From: an uncultured Candidatus Saccharibacteria bacterium
Lineage (GTDB): Bacteria; Patescibacteriota; Dojkabacteria; J137
Direction of reading: 5' to 3'
DNA: 64,000 nucleotides
Assembly (NCBI GenBank): GCA_964607415.1
Contig: CAZSKK010000002.1
Location: 73,991 to 137,990, forward strand
Shown here: positions 32,406 to 44,379 of the stretch, piece after piece
How the letters are laid out: the number at the start of each line of letters is the position of its first letter
Numbering within the stretch: position 1 is the first letter of the stretch
The notes under the pieces: model-generated
Databases searched by the model: none
What the model saw: only the letters and a program-made list of their open reading frames with translations
Told to the model about the DNA's origin: nothing
Translations under genes and position numbers: made by a program

Positions 32406-32576
32406 CAATTATATACCCGGTGTACTTTTTCTATTCAGTTGTTAAAGATCAAATACCACTTCCGTGGACGAAATCCGAAAATCGAATTCCGAAATTTATA
32501 TTACTTTATTTTAATACAAGATTTCGAATTTCGAATTTATATTTAGAATTTGCAATTTTGTTTATAAAATTGTTTT

Positions 32577-32649
32577 TGGAGCCTAAGGGATTCGAACCCT
32601 TGACCTCCTCATTGCAAATGAGGCGCTCTACCAACTAAGCTAAGGCCCC
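32577..32649 (-). tRNA. tRNA-Ala(TGC), rRNA spacer
   Basis: GGGGCCT...AGGCTCC-A with G3:U70, anticodon TGC. Confidence 0.96.
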
Positions 32650-32673
32650 AAGCACTCCGTGCTAAGAATAACT

Positions 32674-32750
32674 TGGTAGGCGATCCAAGACTCGAACTTG
32701 GGACCTTTCCCTTATCAGAGGAACGCTCTAACCACCTGAGCTAATCGCCT
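32674..32750 (-). tRNA. tRNA-Ile(GAT), rRNA spacer
   Basis: AGGCGAT...ATCGCCT-ACCA, anticodon GAT; the only tRNA here with encoded CCA. Confidence 0.96.
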
Positions 32751-32928
32751 GTGATAGCGGTATAGCTCATAGTGCTTAGCTTTTAGCTAGAAACTACTTG
32801 CTATATGCTAGCAGCTAATTAAATCCTTAAAAGTGATAAGAATTCACCGTCTTTTGTTTCAACTTGAATCATGGGTTGGAAATCTGTATCCAAAACGTTA
32901 TTCGTTTTATTTGGAATAAAGCTCCTTA

Positions 32929-34448
<1,520 letters not shown>

Positions 34449-34863
34449 ACTAAAAAAGTCCGAAGACTAGATTAGCTTGAAAAAATTTGATTATGTTCTT
34501 TTGAAAAAAGAACTAAAACTTTTTTGAGAATATTTAGATCCAAGCGAATTTACAAAAGAATTGTCGGTGATTCTTATCACTGTTAAAGTTTCAATGTGCT
34601 TCCCCTGCTGGTTTTTGACCAAGCAAACAGAACAAAAGATGCTTAAAAATTTAAGCACCTAATAATTCGGAAAATATTTTAGAGGAACCATAATCACTGC
34701 TTCCTGTGGTTAGGATTAGCAATGGACTGGTAAGAATTTTATCAAAGAAAAAAACAATTAGCAAGCAGGAAAAACCAGAATTTTTCAAATAACAATTTAA
34801 AGAATTTTCAAAAGGCTTTGCAGTTACAAATTGAAAATTTTTATAACTGTAAATTGTTAATTT

Positions 34864-35286
34864 TTAGCGTAAGTATTCATAGAAGCTATCCTTCGTTTTT
34901 CCAGTCTGTTTTACAATTCCTAACTTTTCAAGTTTATCAAAATCTCGTCGTAACGTTCTTTCATTTATATTCTTAAACTGATTTCTTATTTCTGAAGACT
35001 TAACTTTCTTTTGATTTTTAACTTCTTGAAGGATTTTTTGCTGCCTCTCGTTAAGATTTGAATGTTTTAGGGAAGGTTTTTCAAGTTTTGAAGCGATAGC
35101 TTTAACTTTAACAGGAACTTTCTTCGCAGGTTTTTGCCCTAAGATATGATCTTTTTCATCTTCAAGGATATTTCCAAAACTTTCTTTTCCAACAAAGTAT
35201 AGCCAAGCAAGGCCAATAATTCCAATCACACTAAAAAGTGCTACTAAAACTACTACGATTGTAAGAAATATTTTTAATAATCTCAT
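34864..35286 (-). CDS. Membrane-anchored DeoR-type winged-helix protein
   Basis: N-terminal TM; LNERQQKIL...ERTLRRDFDKLEKLG wHTH. Confidence 0.75.
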   Translation of the reverse strand: MRLLKIFLTIVVVLVALFSVIGIIGLAWLYFVGKESFGNILEDEKDHILGQKPAKKVPVKVKAIASKLEKPSLKHSNLNERQQKILQEVKNQKKVKSSEIRNQFKNINERTLRRDFDKLEKLGIVKQTGKTKDSFYEYLR

Positions 35287-35297
35287 GGCATTTTTTA

Positions 35298-35387
35298 TTT
35301 CCTCTCCTTTTAGGAGAGGTCGATCCTGAAAGGATCGGGTGAGGTTATCAACCCCTCACCTTAGTCCTCTCCCAGTGGGAGAGGAAA
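35298..35387. repeat. BoxC-like composite palindromic repeat
   Basis: CCTCTCC..GGAGAGG hairpins with GGTGAGG/CCTCACC arms; inverted homolog at 62141-62251. Confidence 0.8.
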
Positions 35388-35391
35388 TTAG

Positions 35392-38007
35392 TTAAGTAAG
35401 TTTCTCCATCTTTCCCCAACTTTTTCCAACCGACGCATCAACTTTGTATACAACTTCTAATGTTAAAGAATTAGTCATCGCAACTTTAATTTCCTCTATA
35501 AATTTATTAAATTGTATATCTTTTTTATAGTCAATTCCACCCAATTCGTATTCAAACAAGAATTCATCGTGGATCTGAGCTATCATATTAGCTTTATACT
35601 TTTTAAGAGTCTTTTTTATCTTAGTCATTGCAACCTTCATGATATCTGCAGCCGTTCCCTGGATTACAAAGTTAATAAGTTCACGTTCTGCAGCCATTTT
35701 TAGATTTCTATTATTGGCATTGATCATTTCATTAATTCTTCTTCTACCATAAAAAGTTTCTGAATATCCACGCTCTTTTATTTCCTCAACTATATTATCA
35801 AAATATTTTTTAACATTTGGATAAGTTTCAAAATACCTTTTTATAAACTCTGATGCAGTTGCTCTATCAATATCCATCCTATCACTCAGCCCAAAGGAAG
35901 AAATCCCATAAACCAAGCTGAAATTTAAAGTTTTTCCTACATTTCTTTGCATGTCGGTAACTTCATCTAAAGGAACATTGAACATTTCGCTTGCAGTAAC
36001 TTTATGAATATCAACTCCAGAGTTAAAACTGTCAATCATATTTTGTTCTTTTGAAAGACTAGCTAAAATTCTTAACTCTTGCTGAGAAAAGTCAAAAGAA
36101 ACTAAAATATTTCCTTCGCTTGCCACAAATCCTTCTCGCATATTTACACCTTGGGTTTCGCCTTTTGGAATATTTTGAATATTTGGATTTTTAGAAGAAA
36201 ATCTTCCAGATACTGCACCCATTTGGTCAAAAAAGCCATGAACTCTCCCTGTAACAGAATTAATGTAAGTCGGTAACGTCTCTGCATAGGTTGATAAAAG
36301 CTTGTCAACTTCTCTAAAATTTAAAATTTCTGCAACAATTGGATCTGCTGCTTTTAATTTTCTTAAAATTCGTTCGTTTGTACTAAATTTCCCAGTTTTT
36401 GTTTTCACAGCTCCTGGAAGCTGTTTTTCATTAAATAAAACCTCTGATACTTGCTGTGGAGAATTAATATTAAATTCATGTCCCGCATATTTAAAGATAT
36501 TTTGCCTAATAAGATCAAGTTTATTTCTTAAGGTTTCTTCTATTTCATTAAACTTTTTAATATCAATCTTAATCCCTTTTCTTTCCATATCAATTACGAG
36601 CGGCAGAACCTCTTCTTCAAGTTTTACAACTTTTAGAAGCTCTGGATCTGAACCTGAAAGACCAGTGTAAATTTGCTTACAACTTATAATGTTTTTGTAA
36701 AATTCGTCTTCAAAATCCTTACCCCAAAAATTCATTGCGTTTTTTAAGTTTGCAACAGTTTTGCCACAAGATAAAATCACAGAATAAAATCCAAGATCGC
36801 AAAAGTTATTGGATAAAATATCAATCCCAATATTTAAGAAAGCATGTACCAAAAATTTATAATTGAAAGTGACAATTTTTTTGTCTTTAATTATTTCTAC
36901 AAACGAATGAATATTTTCTTCATCAACCCAATAGCAATTATCATTATTATAAAAGAAGATTTCCTTTATCCTTAAATCTACTGGACTGACAGTATCAGAG
37001 TGATATGTTGAAAGTAAAATTGCCTCATTTGAACTAATAGTGCTACCATCCCACTTTAGCAATTTCAAGTTTTCTACTTCTCCATTTTTTTCAACTTGTA
37101 AGAAATTTAGATCATTGATTTGATAAGCTTCAGCCAATTTTTTTAGCTTTGGAATAATCGATCTAAATCCTAATTCTTCGAAAAGTGCAGATGAGGCCTC
37201 TAAGTTCAACTTTTCCTGAAAATGTGATTCAGTAAAGTCAAATGAGATTGGAACGTCCTTGTCAATTGTTGCCAAAGACTTCGAAAGCAGGGCAATGTCA
37301 TGACTATCAATTAATTTTTGAGCATAACGTTTTTCAACTCTATCAATATTTTGATAAATTAAATCTAGTGTTCCAAAATCTTTAATTAAACTTGCAGCGC
37401 CAATTTTTCCAATACCTTTAACACCTGGGATGTTGTCTGACTGATCCCCAGCAATTGCCTTGTAATCCGGAACTTGAGTAGGAGTAATACCAAGTTTTTC
37501 GAAAACGCCATCTGAGTTGTAAAGTTTAGACTCAGAAAATTTTCTACCAGCCAGGTACACATTTGTATTTTCATCTACCAATTGAAAGATATCCTGATCA
37601 CCAGTTACAATAATTACTTTGTCTACTTCCTTTGCATGTTTATTATCAATAGTTCCAATAATATCGTCAGCTTCAATTCCCCTTAGTTTTAAAGTTGGAA
37701 TTCCTAACGATGCAAGAACTTCCTGTACTCTAGGGATCTGTGCAATAAAAGCATCATCAGTTTTTTCCCTATTAGCTTTATACTGTGTAAAGTTTGACTG
37801 CCTTATCGTTGGTCCTTCCGAATCCATTACTGCAATTACGTTTGTTGGTTGAAATTTATTAATTACATCAACTAAAAGCGATGTAAATCCATACACTGCG
37901 TTTATCTGCTCACCATTTTTTGTTGTTAAAGTTGGTGGCATTGCATAGTAGGCTCTGTAAATTAATGCGTGCGAATCAATTATTAGAAGAATTTTTTCTT
38001 TAGACAT
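35392..38007 (-). CDS. polA: DNA polymerase I
   Basis: 5'-3' exonuclease (IDSHALIYRAYYA, EADDIIGT, GDQSDNIPGV); Pol A motifs DFSQQELR, KTLNFSLVYG, QIHDE. Confidence 0.97.
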   Translation of the reverse strand: MSKEKILLIIDSHALIYRAYYAMPPTLTTKNGEQINAVYGFTSLLVDVINKFQPTNVIAVMDSEGPTIRQSNFTQYKANREKTDDAFIAQIPRVQEVLASLGIPTLKLRGIEADDIIGTIDNKHAKEVDKVIIVTGDQDIFQLVDENTNVYLAGRKFSESKLYNSDGVFEKLGITPTQVPDYKAIAGDQSDNIPGVKGIGKIGAASLIKDFGTLDLIYQNIDRVEKRYAQKLIDSHDIALLSKSLATIDKDVPISFDFTESHFQEKLNLEASSALFEELGFRSIIPKLKKLAEAYQINDLNFLQVEKNGEVENLKLLKWDGSTISSNEAILLSTYHSDTVSPVDLRIKEIFFYNNDNCYWVDEENIHSFVEIIKDKKIVTFNYKFLVHAFLNIGIDILSNNFCDLGFYSVILSCGKTVANLKNAMNFWGKDFEDEFYKNIISCKQIYTGLSGSDPELLKVVKLEEEVLPLVIDMERKGIKIDIKKFNEIEETLRNKLDLIRQNIFKYAGHEFNINSPQQVSEVLFNEKQLPGAVKTKTGKFSTNERILRKLKAADPIVAEILNFREVDKLLSTYAETLPTYINSVTGRVHGFFDQMGAVSGRFSSKNPNIQNIPKGETQGVNMREGFVASEGNILVSFDFSQQELRILASLSKEQNMIDSFNSGVDIHKVTASEMFNVPLDEVTDMQRNVGKTLNFSLVYGISSFGLSDRMDIDRATASEFIKRYFETYPNVKKYFDNIVEEIKERGYSETFYGRRRINEMINANNRNLKMAAERELINFVIQGTAADIMKVAMTKIKKTLKKYKANMIAQIHDEFLFEYELGGIDYKKDIQFNKFIEEIKVAMTNSLTLEVVYKVDASVGKSWGKMEKLT

Positions 38008-38058
38008 GATTTGATTTTAGCATGACGTTAAAATCAAAGGTACATAGAAGCAAAATAG

Positions 38059-38715
38059 CTACAACCAACATTCCTGCACATACTCTCTTATTTTTGCCAT
38101 TAACCGAGACTTTTTCTGATCGATGTTATCAACAGAAATATCTACATTAAATTCTTGTTTTATTAAAAACTGGATATCTTTAGAACTGCAATTTTGAAAG
38201 ACACGGAATTTCAGTATAAAAACATCGATAAAATCTATTCCGTATTCATTCTCAAGTGCTTTAATCATAAGTTCCATGTCAATTTTAAAATCTACATCAC
38301 CATATACTGATTGCGCGTTGGGATTAATCCATTCATCAACCGGGCCGGAGTTTTCTTCATTGCTAACATCTGAAAACACAACTTCTTGGTTATTAAATGT
38401 TCTTAATTTATCGCGAATTTTATTAACAAAGCATGTACCTAAATATGCGATTGGGGGAGCTTTTTCACAGTTAATTATTCCTGATTTATATTTTTGAAGT
38501 CCTTGCCTTATTCCTAACCTAGCCTCTTGCATAAGATCATCAGGATCTTCATACCAATCTATTTTAGACTGCGTAGAAAAAATATAACCTCTAACAGAAG
38601 GCGTAAAGATCTCGTAAATTTCTTCTTCTAAATCTTTTAGCTCCTCAAGATTATTTGTATAAACATATGCCCCGACTAAAGACTCGATAGTTTTTTCAAG
38701 AATTTCTTGTTCCAT
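38059..38715 (-). CDS. Divergent sigma-70 family (ECF-like) sigma factor
   Basis: Region 2-like DDLMQEARLGIRQGLQKY...N-x-IRDKLR and region 4-like C-terminus; likely start ATG 38715. Confidence 0.6.
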   Translation of the reverse strand: MEQEILEKTIESLVGAYVYTNNLEELKDLEEEIYEIFTPSVRGYIFSTQSKIDWYEDPDDLMQEARLGIRQGLQKYKSGIINCEKAPPIAYLGTCFVNKIRDKLRTFNNQEVVFSDVSNEENSGPVDEWINPNAQSVYGDVDFKIDMELMIKALENEYGIDFIDVFILKFRVFQNCSSKDIQFLIKQEFNVDISVDNIDQKKSRLMAKIREYVQECWL

Positions 38716-38803
38716 AATAAAACTAAGGGCTAATAAAATACGGGATTTTATCATCTCTTTCAGATTATTTACAAGAAAGAAATTGGAAGTTGTGATTTGG
38801 AAT

Positions 38804-39703
38804 TTATATCTTGCGTCTGGTAAATTCTCCAATCATATGTACGCCTTGTTTTACTCTCGCATTAATTCTTAAACCAAGATTGTGTTGTTTTTGAAGACTA
38901 AAGCCGTGTTTTGAAAGTATGTTAACCCAATCTTCCCAAGTTCTATATTGCATGCTCCACTGCATATGAGGATTATTTACGTTAATTATCCAATCGTTGA
39001 TTATTATAAACTCCCACTTTTCTAGATCGGATAAATTATTAAATTCCTGCGTCAAATCAAAATCAGTTTGAATATTAAGTCTTTGATTTGACGCAACAAG
39101 TTCTTTTATATCAGTAAGATTTTCAAAAGTTTCTTCCCATAAAACCAATTTTCCTCCAGTCTTTAGAGCTTTAAAAGCATTTGTTAGTATGCTCGTAATA
39201 ACTTCTAAAGATTCAACGTGATGAAGTACAAATTGGATATTAATCAAATCAACAGATTCTGGCTTTATGGTCCAATTCTCATTTGAAGTTACCTGCAAAT
39301 ATTGACTCTTAGATGGCTCTAAGAAAGGTCTTGATTGTGGAATTACATCAATTGCGATTAGCTTTTCAACATTAGTATAGCGAGTTGCAACTTTATTTAG
39401 TGCATCTAGTTTATTTGCGCCGTAATCTAAAAATGTTTTAACATCTGCAAAATCTATCAGTTCTATTGGATCCAATTCTTTAGTTTGCGAAGTTTTTAAG
39501 TCTCTTGCGTTATTAAATAACTTATTAATTTCTTCTCGAAGTGCTTCAGAAGTTGAATTATCCCTACCATCATAAAAAGTTTTGATAATATTTTGGCCGT
39601 AAGAATAACCAATTCCAGCTTTCTGAAAATTTTTAGAATAGAAATTTAATAATAGATTTTTAACATTTGGAGAATTGTAAGTAGAAAGGTCTGGGTGGTT
39701 CAT
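38804..39703 (-). CDS. Class I SAM-dependent methyltransferase
   Basis: FLDYGA motif I variant, AIDV, FVLHHV, LKTGGKLVL. Confidence 0.8.
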   Translation of the reverse strand: MNHPDLSTYNSPNVKNLLLNFYSKNFQKAGIGYSYGQNIIKTFYDGRDNSTSEALREEINKLFNNARDLKTSQTKELDPIELIDFADVKTFLDYGANKLDALNKVATRYTNVEKLIAIDVIPQSRPFLEPSKSQYLQVTSNENWTIKPESVDLINIQFVLHHVESLEVITSILTNAFKALKTGGKLVLWEETFENLTDIKELVASNQRLNIQTDFDLTQEFNNLSDLEKWEFIIINDWIINVNNPHMQWSMQYRTWEDWVNILSKHGFSLQKQHNLGLRINARVKQGVHMIGEFTRRKI

Positions 39704-39709
39704 ACATTA

Positions 39710-39751
39710 AAAATGCGTAGATCTGAGGCATGCCTGAAATCTACGCATTTT
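39710..39751 (-). terminator. Terminator after ftsH
   Basis: AAAATGCGTAGAT/ATCTACGCATTTT inverted repeat. Confidence 0.7.
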
Positions 39752-39752
39752 A

Positions 39753-42140
39753 TTAATCGAATAATTTATCAAATTCTTCTTTATCAATAACCTCTTTTTC
39801 TAGAAGCAATAGAGCAAGTTTATCTAATTTAGCTCTATGTTCAACAATAATCTTCTTTGCTTCGTCATAGGCTTTTGTGACTGCCACTCTTACTTCATCA
39901 TCTATTATCTCAGCTGTTTTTTCTGAATAATCTTTACTATCTGCATAATCATACCCAAGAAAATCTGAATCTGCGTGATCACCGTACTCAACTAAGCCTA
40001 GTTTATCATTCATACCAAATTGCTGGATCATTTTTCTTACTGTTCTAGTTGCTTGTTTTATGTCATTTGAAGCTCCCGTTGAGATATCTCCTAGAACAAC
40101 TTCTTCGGCAGCGCGACCTCCAAGACTAACTGTAACATCAGCCATAAGTTTTGACTTAGAAATGATATTTTCATCTTTTTCTGGTAAGAACATTGTAACT
40201 CCGCCTGTTCCACCTCGGGACACAATTGAAATTTTATCTACAGGCGTAGCTTTTGGCGTAAATTTAGCAACTATAGCATGTCCAGCTTCGTGATACGCAA
40301 CAAGTTTAAGTTCATCGTCAGTTCTTTTTCTGGATCTTTTAGCGGGACCTAAAACAACTTTGGAAACAGCTTCTTCAATATCATGCATTCCTATTGTTTT
40401 TTTGCCAGCTCCTGCGGCAATAATAGCTGCTTCATTCATAATATTTTCAAGATCTGCTCCTGTAAATCCTACTGTTCTTTTTGCAATTCTTTCTAAATCA
40501 ACAGTCGAATCTAATTTTTTATTAGATCCGTGAATAGCTAGTATTTGTTTTCTACCTTCCACATCCGGAACCTCTATTCTTACTTGCCTATCAAACCTAC
40601 CTGGCCTTAGAATAGCTGGGTCAAGCACATCAGGTCTATTAGTTGCTGCAATTACTATTACGTTTGTATTAGTTTCAAAGCCATCCATTTCAACCAGAAT
40701 CTGGTTTAGTGTTTGTTCGGTACTTCCAGATTGAATTCTTGTTCCTCTTTTTCTTGCAACTGCATCAATTTCATCAATAAAAATCAATGAAGGCGCTGCC
40801 TTTTTAGCTTTTGCAAAAAGGTCTCTAACTCTAGATGCTCCTGCCCCAACCAACATCTCTTCAAATTCAGACCCAGAAGTATGAAAAAATGGAACTGCCG
40901 CTTCACCTGCAATTGCTCTTGCTAGTAAAGTTTTTCCTGTGCCTGGAGGACCAAACATTAAAATACCTTTTGGAATTCTAGCTCCTATACTTGTATATTT
41001 CCCTGGATTTCTTAAGAAGTCTACAATTTCATTAAGCTCATCTCTTGCCTCATCAATTCCTGCAACATCCTTAAAGCTTGTATTTGTTTTTGAGCCAAAA
41101 TACATTTTTGCTTTTGACTGTCCAAATTGCATCAATCCCATCCCTGAAGATTGAGCACCTCTAAAAATTATAATTCCTAAAACTACAAACCCAATTAAAG
41201 TTAAGATAGTCAAAATGTCATCAAGACTGATTCCTGCCGGAACATTTACAGATATTATCTGGAAATCTTCTGAGCTCAGGGAAATGCCCTCGTTTTGCAG
41301 GATTTCTGTAAAGCTGTTTATATTTGGAGTCCAATCTATGTAGACTTTTTCAACATAATCATTGTTTATTTCCCCGACTACAATATTATCTAATTGATAA
41401 ATCCTCGAGAACTGTTGTGACTCTAGTCTTGATGAGAACGAATCTTCTTCTACTTTTTTACCAAACACACTCAATTTTCTTACCTCTATTTGTAAATCAC
41501 TTAAGTTGATATTGCTTTCTTCAAGCTTTTCTGTAAAAGCTTGCTCATTGACATTTTCAAGGAGAATATCTTTTGCCGTTCCACCTGTAATACCAAGAAT
41601 AAAATTATCACCCACTATTATCTTTTCAACATTCTGATTACCTGAATTTAAAAAGGTTCTTAGTTCATTTACTAAGCCCTCAGGTTTTAGATAATTGACA
41701 AATTCAGTAAACTCAACCTTTCTTATACTTGTATCAAATCTTAGCACCTTAGTGTCGTTAGTTGATTTAACGTTATCTCCAATACTTCCTTCATAAAAAA
41801 CGTAATATTTGCCATTAGCTACAATCTTTCCATCATCTTGCACTAAAAGTTGAGAAAATTCGTTTGAATTTAGCCCTTTTATCAAATTGTCTAAAGTTGT
41901 TTTATCTAGAAAGAACTGCCTATTAAGAAGACTAAAAATTACAAAAATTCCAAGAAGAACGGTCACAATAATAATAAAAGGGTTTACCTTAATCGATAAA
42001 GTTCTTTTATTATTCTTTGTTTTTTTGCTTGGAGTATTAATTTGAGAAAGTTTTTGTGTAAGCTCTTGAGAGAACTTCTCAATTTCTTCTTGTGTTAGAT
42101 CTTTTTCTGAATTTTTGGTTTGTTTTTCTTTTTTTGCCAT
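39753..42140 (-). CDS. ftsH: ATP-dependent zinc metalloprotease FtsH
   Basis: Two TMs, [22 protein letters not shown]; likely start ATG 42140. Confidence 0.97.
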   Translation of the reverse strand: MAKKEKQTKNSEKDLTQEEIEKFSQELTQKLSQINTPSKKTKNNKRTLSIKVNPFIIIVTVLLGIFVIFSLLNRQFFLDKTTLDNLIKGLNSNEFSQLLVQDDGKIVANGKYYVFYEGSIGDNVKSTNDTKVLRFDTSIRKVEFTEFVNYLKPEGLVNELRTFLNSGNQNVEKIIVGDNFILGITGGTAKDILLENVNEQAFTEKLEESNINLSDLQIEVRKLSVFGKKVEEDSFSSRLESQQFSRIYQLDNIVVGEINNDYVEKVYIDWTPNINSFTEILQNEGISLSSEDFQIISVNVPAGISLDDILTILTLIGFVVLGIIIFRGAQSSGMGLMQFGQSKAKMYFGSKTNTSFKDVAGIDEARDELNEIVDFLRNPGKYTSIGARIPKGILMFGPPGTGKTLLARAIAGEAAVPFFHTSGSEFEEMLVGAGASRVRDLFAKAKKAAPSLIFIDEIDAVARKRGTRIQSGSTEQTLNQILVEMDGFETNTNVIVIAATNRPDVLDPAILRPGRFDRQVRIEVPDVEGRKQILAIHGSNKKLDSTVDLERIAKRTVGFTGADLENIMNEAAIIAAGAGKKTIGMHDIEEAVSKVVLGPAKRSRKRTDDELKLVAYHEAGHAIVAKFTPKATPVDKISIVSRGGTGGVTMFLPEKDENIISKSKLMADVTVSLGGRAAEEVVLGDISTGASNDIKQATRTVRKMIQQFGMNDKLGLVEYGDHADSDFLGYDYADSKDYSEKTAEIIDDEVRVAVTKAYDEAKKIIVEHRAKLDKLALLLLEKEVIDKEEFDKLFD

Positions 42141-42407
42141 ATCAATAGTAATTATACCAGCTTGAAGGTGAGAAGGCATATTATCTCTTCAAGAATTATT
42201 AAGTTTAAATAAGCTACCAGTTTCCTTATTGTCTTTTAGTATTATTCTCCTTTCTAAATTCTGACCATTCTTCTTAGTTTTAATTCGTAAGAATGTAGAA
42301 TAAAGGTTAGGATATGAATGAAATAGTTTAAGTGAAAGTTAAATTTTTATTCTCAACAGCATATTATGCTGTTTCGTGCTTTCACTTACACTATTGCTTT
42401 CTCATAG

Positions 42408-42621
42408 TGAGAGCTAGGGATCGAACTCGCGACCTCAGGTTTACCTGCCTGACAAATTACAAACTCTAGTTTCAAATTTACCAAGGGAGGGGATCGAACC
42501 CTCGACCTCAGGTTTATGAATCCTGTGCTCTAGCCAACTGAGCTACCTTGGTTAAGTGGCTTTGTACTTTGTGGGCAGATGAATCCTGTGCTCCTTGCCA
42601 ATATGCCAAGCATTTTGGCAG
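42408..42621 (-). pseudogene. Decayed outer tRNA-Met copy, split at the anticodon and enclosing the intact gene
   Basis: 5' part 42579-42593 is 15/15 identical to 42516-42530; 3' part 42417-42443 is 24/27 identical to 42490-42516; inverted repeats at 42444-42463 and 42561-42578. Confidence 0.75.
42479..42552 (-). tRNA. tRNA-Met(CAT), probably elongator (Ile2 not excluded)
   Basis: ACCAAGG...CCTTGGT-A cloverleaf, anticodon loop TTCATAA. Confidence 0.85.
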
Positions 42622-42863
42622 TTCGGAACTCTTTCCCTAAAATACCAGATGATTGATATAAAGTGCTTTTGTATTTTAACACGAGACAACACCATGTGTT
42701 GCCGAGAATAAAACTTTTATTTATTTAGAAACGGTCCCACTAACATGCGGGACCGTAGAGACATTATACGGGTTACTGGAAAAATTGTCTACGAGTTATG
42801 CTGGGGAAAGAGTTGAAGTTCAAGTACCAAGCTATTGTTATTTACTTAAACTATTGCTTTATT

Positions 42864-42935
<72 letters not shown>

Positions 42936-42966
42936 ATATTTTGTGCAAACAATGATAACACTTATT

Positions 42967-43419
42967 TTAAAAATTAATCAAGTTTAACCACCAGTCCAAA
43001 AAATTATCTTTAGACTTTAAATCCAGATATTCCTTATTCTCTGAAATATAGTAAGTAATTGGTTCTTTTGTTCTAAAAAGTGTTTCGTTGGCTCCAGCAT
43101 ATCCAAAGCCATTTCTTAAAGCTAATTCCCTAAATTCATCTGAAGAATAGTATGAATAATCATCCAATAAATCCCTATTTTTTTCTTCCAGCTCAGATAA
43201 GCTTTCCTTTTCATAAAGATAGGTATCGTAGTTAAATTTACCTCTATTAAGAGTACTAATTATATTAAAAATTAATATAACCGACAGAAAGGATAGCAAA
43301 AAAGTTAAACTAACTCCCTCGAAAATAATGTGGCTGGTATAGTGTTTCAATCTTAAAATTAAAACATTTTTTTTAGAAAAGAATCTGTTTTTTAACATAA
43401 AAAATTTTATTTGACCCAA
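42967..43419 (-). CDS. Septum formation initiator-like (DivIC/FtsB-like) protein
   Basis: Single TM, short coiled coil, then SDEFRELALRNGFGYAGANETLF resembling the E-x-x-AR-x-x-LG-x-x-x-x-GE pattern. Confidence 0.55.
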   Translation of the reverse strand: MGQIKFFMLKNRFFSKKNVLILRLKHYTSHIIFEGVSLTFLLSFLSVILIFNIISTLNRGKFNYDTYLYEKESLSELEEKNRDLLDDYSYYSSDEFRELALRNGFGYAGANETLFRTKEPITYYISENKEYLDLKSKDNFLDWWLNLINF

Positions 43420-43486
43420 AAACTAAAGCTATGATAACATTCGCAAGGTAAGCGTCCTATAATATTATACATTAGATCCTTTATAA

Positions 43487-44356
43487 ATGCAGACTTCTCA
43501 AGAACTGATAGAAAATTTCGTACAATACTTGCGAAGAAAAAATAAGTCTCATTCAACTATTATTGCATACAAAAAAGATCTTGAGCAACTCGCAAGTTTA
43601 AATGTCAGAAAAAATCTAACTGAGTACACTGTTGATGATATAAAAAATGGGCTAAATTACCTAAGAACAGACAAGGGACTAACTTTAAAGACTGTTTCAA
43701 GAAAATTAAATAGTATTAGAACTTTTTATAAATATTTAGAAGCTAAGAACTTAATAAAAGATAATCCCAGCAAGAATGTTACTCACCCAAAGTTTCCACT
43801 AAAAAAACAAAGAGTTCTGTCAGAGATGGAGTGTCTTGCGCTTAAGGAAGTAAGCAGAGATAATGCAAGACTTTACGCAATGATTGAACTACTACTACAA
43901 ACCGGAATTAGAATAAGTGAATTATCGAATCTAAATTTGAAAGATGTGCAAAACAAAATTGGTGAACATTACCTTCACGTTGAAAAATATTCAAACAACC
44001 CTGAAAGAAGAGTTCCTTTAAACGATAAAATAAATAAAATCTTAGCTTCTTACATTGATTCTTTACCTAGAAAAACTCAAACTAGCCCACTATTCCCTAC
44101 ACGTAGTGGCAAAAATATGGAAATTAGAAACATTAGGAGCTCAATTGATAGGGCAATAATTAAAGCTAAGGTTAAAAATGCATGTGTAAACGATATTAGA
44201 AATACTTTTATCGTAAGGCAATTGGAAAATGGGATGTCTATTTCAAAATTAGCTGAAATTGTTGGCCACAGAAATATTCTTACAACGCAAAAATATATCC
44301 GTCTTCTTTCAAAAAAATACAAACCTACTGGAATAGATAAAGTGTGCGAGTTATAA
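43487..44356 (+). CDS. XerC/XerD-like tyrosine recombinase
   Basis: SAM-like N-domain (TIIAYKKDL, RKLNSIRTFYKYL), TGIRISE, NDIRNTF, VGH, TTQKY. Confidence 0.9.
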   Translation: MQTSQELIENFVQYLRRKNKSHSTIIAYKKDLEQLASLNVRKNLTEYTVDDIKNGLNYLRTDKGLTLKTVSRKLNSIRTFYKYLEAKNLIKDNPSKNVTHPKFPLKKQRVLSEMECLALKEVSRDNARLYAMIELLLQTGIRISELSNLNLKDVQNKIGEHYLHVEKYSNNPERRVPLNDKINKILASYIDSLPRKTQTSPLFPTRSGKNMEIRNIRSSIDRAIIKAKVKNACVNDIRNTFIVRQLENGMSISKLAEIVGHRNILTTQKYIRLLSKKYKPTGIDKVCEL

Positions 44357-44379
44357 TACTGAAGTTAATAATTCAGTAC

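Noticed and set aside
43452-43480. dif-like sequence upstream of the recombinase (GCGTCCTATAATATTATACATTAG)
   Set aside because: Only the left arm resembles dif and the TTATGTTAAA arm is missing; better explained as a TATAAT -10 box.
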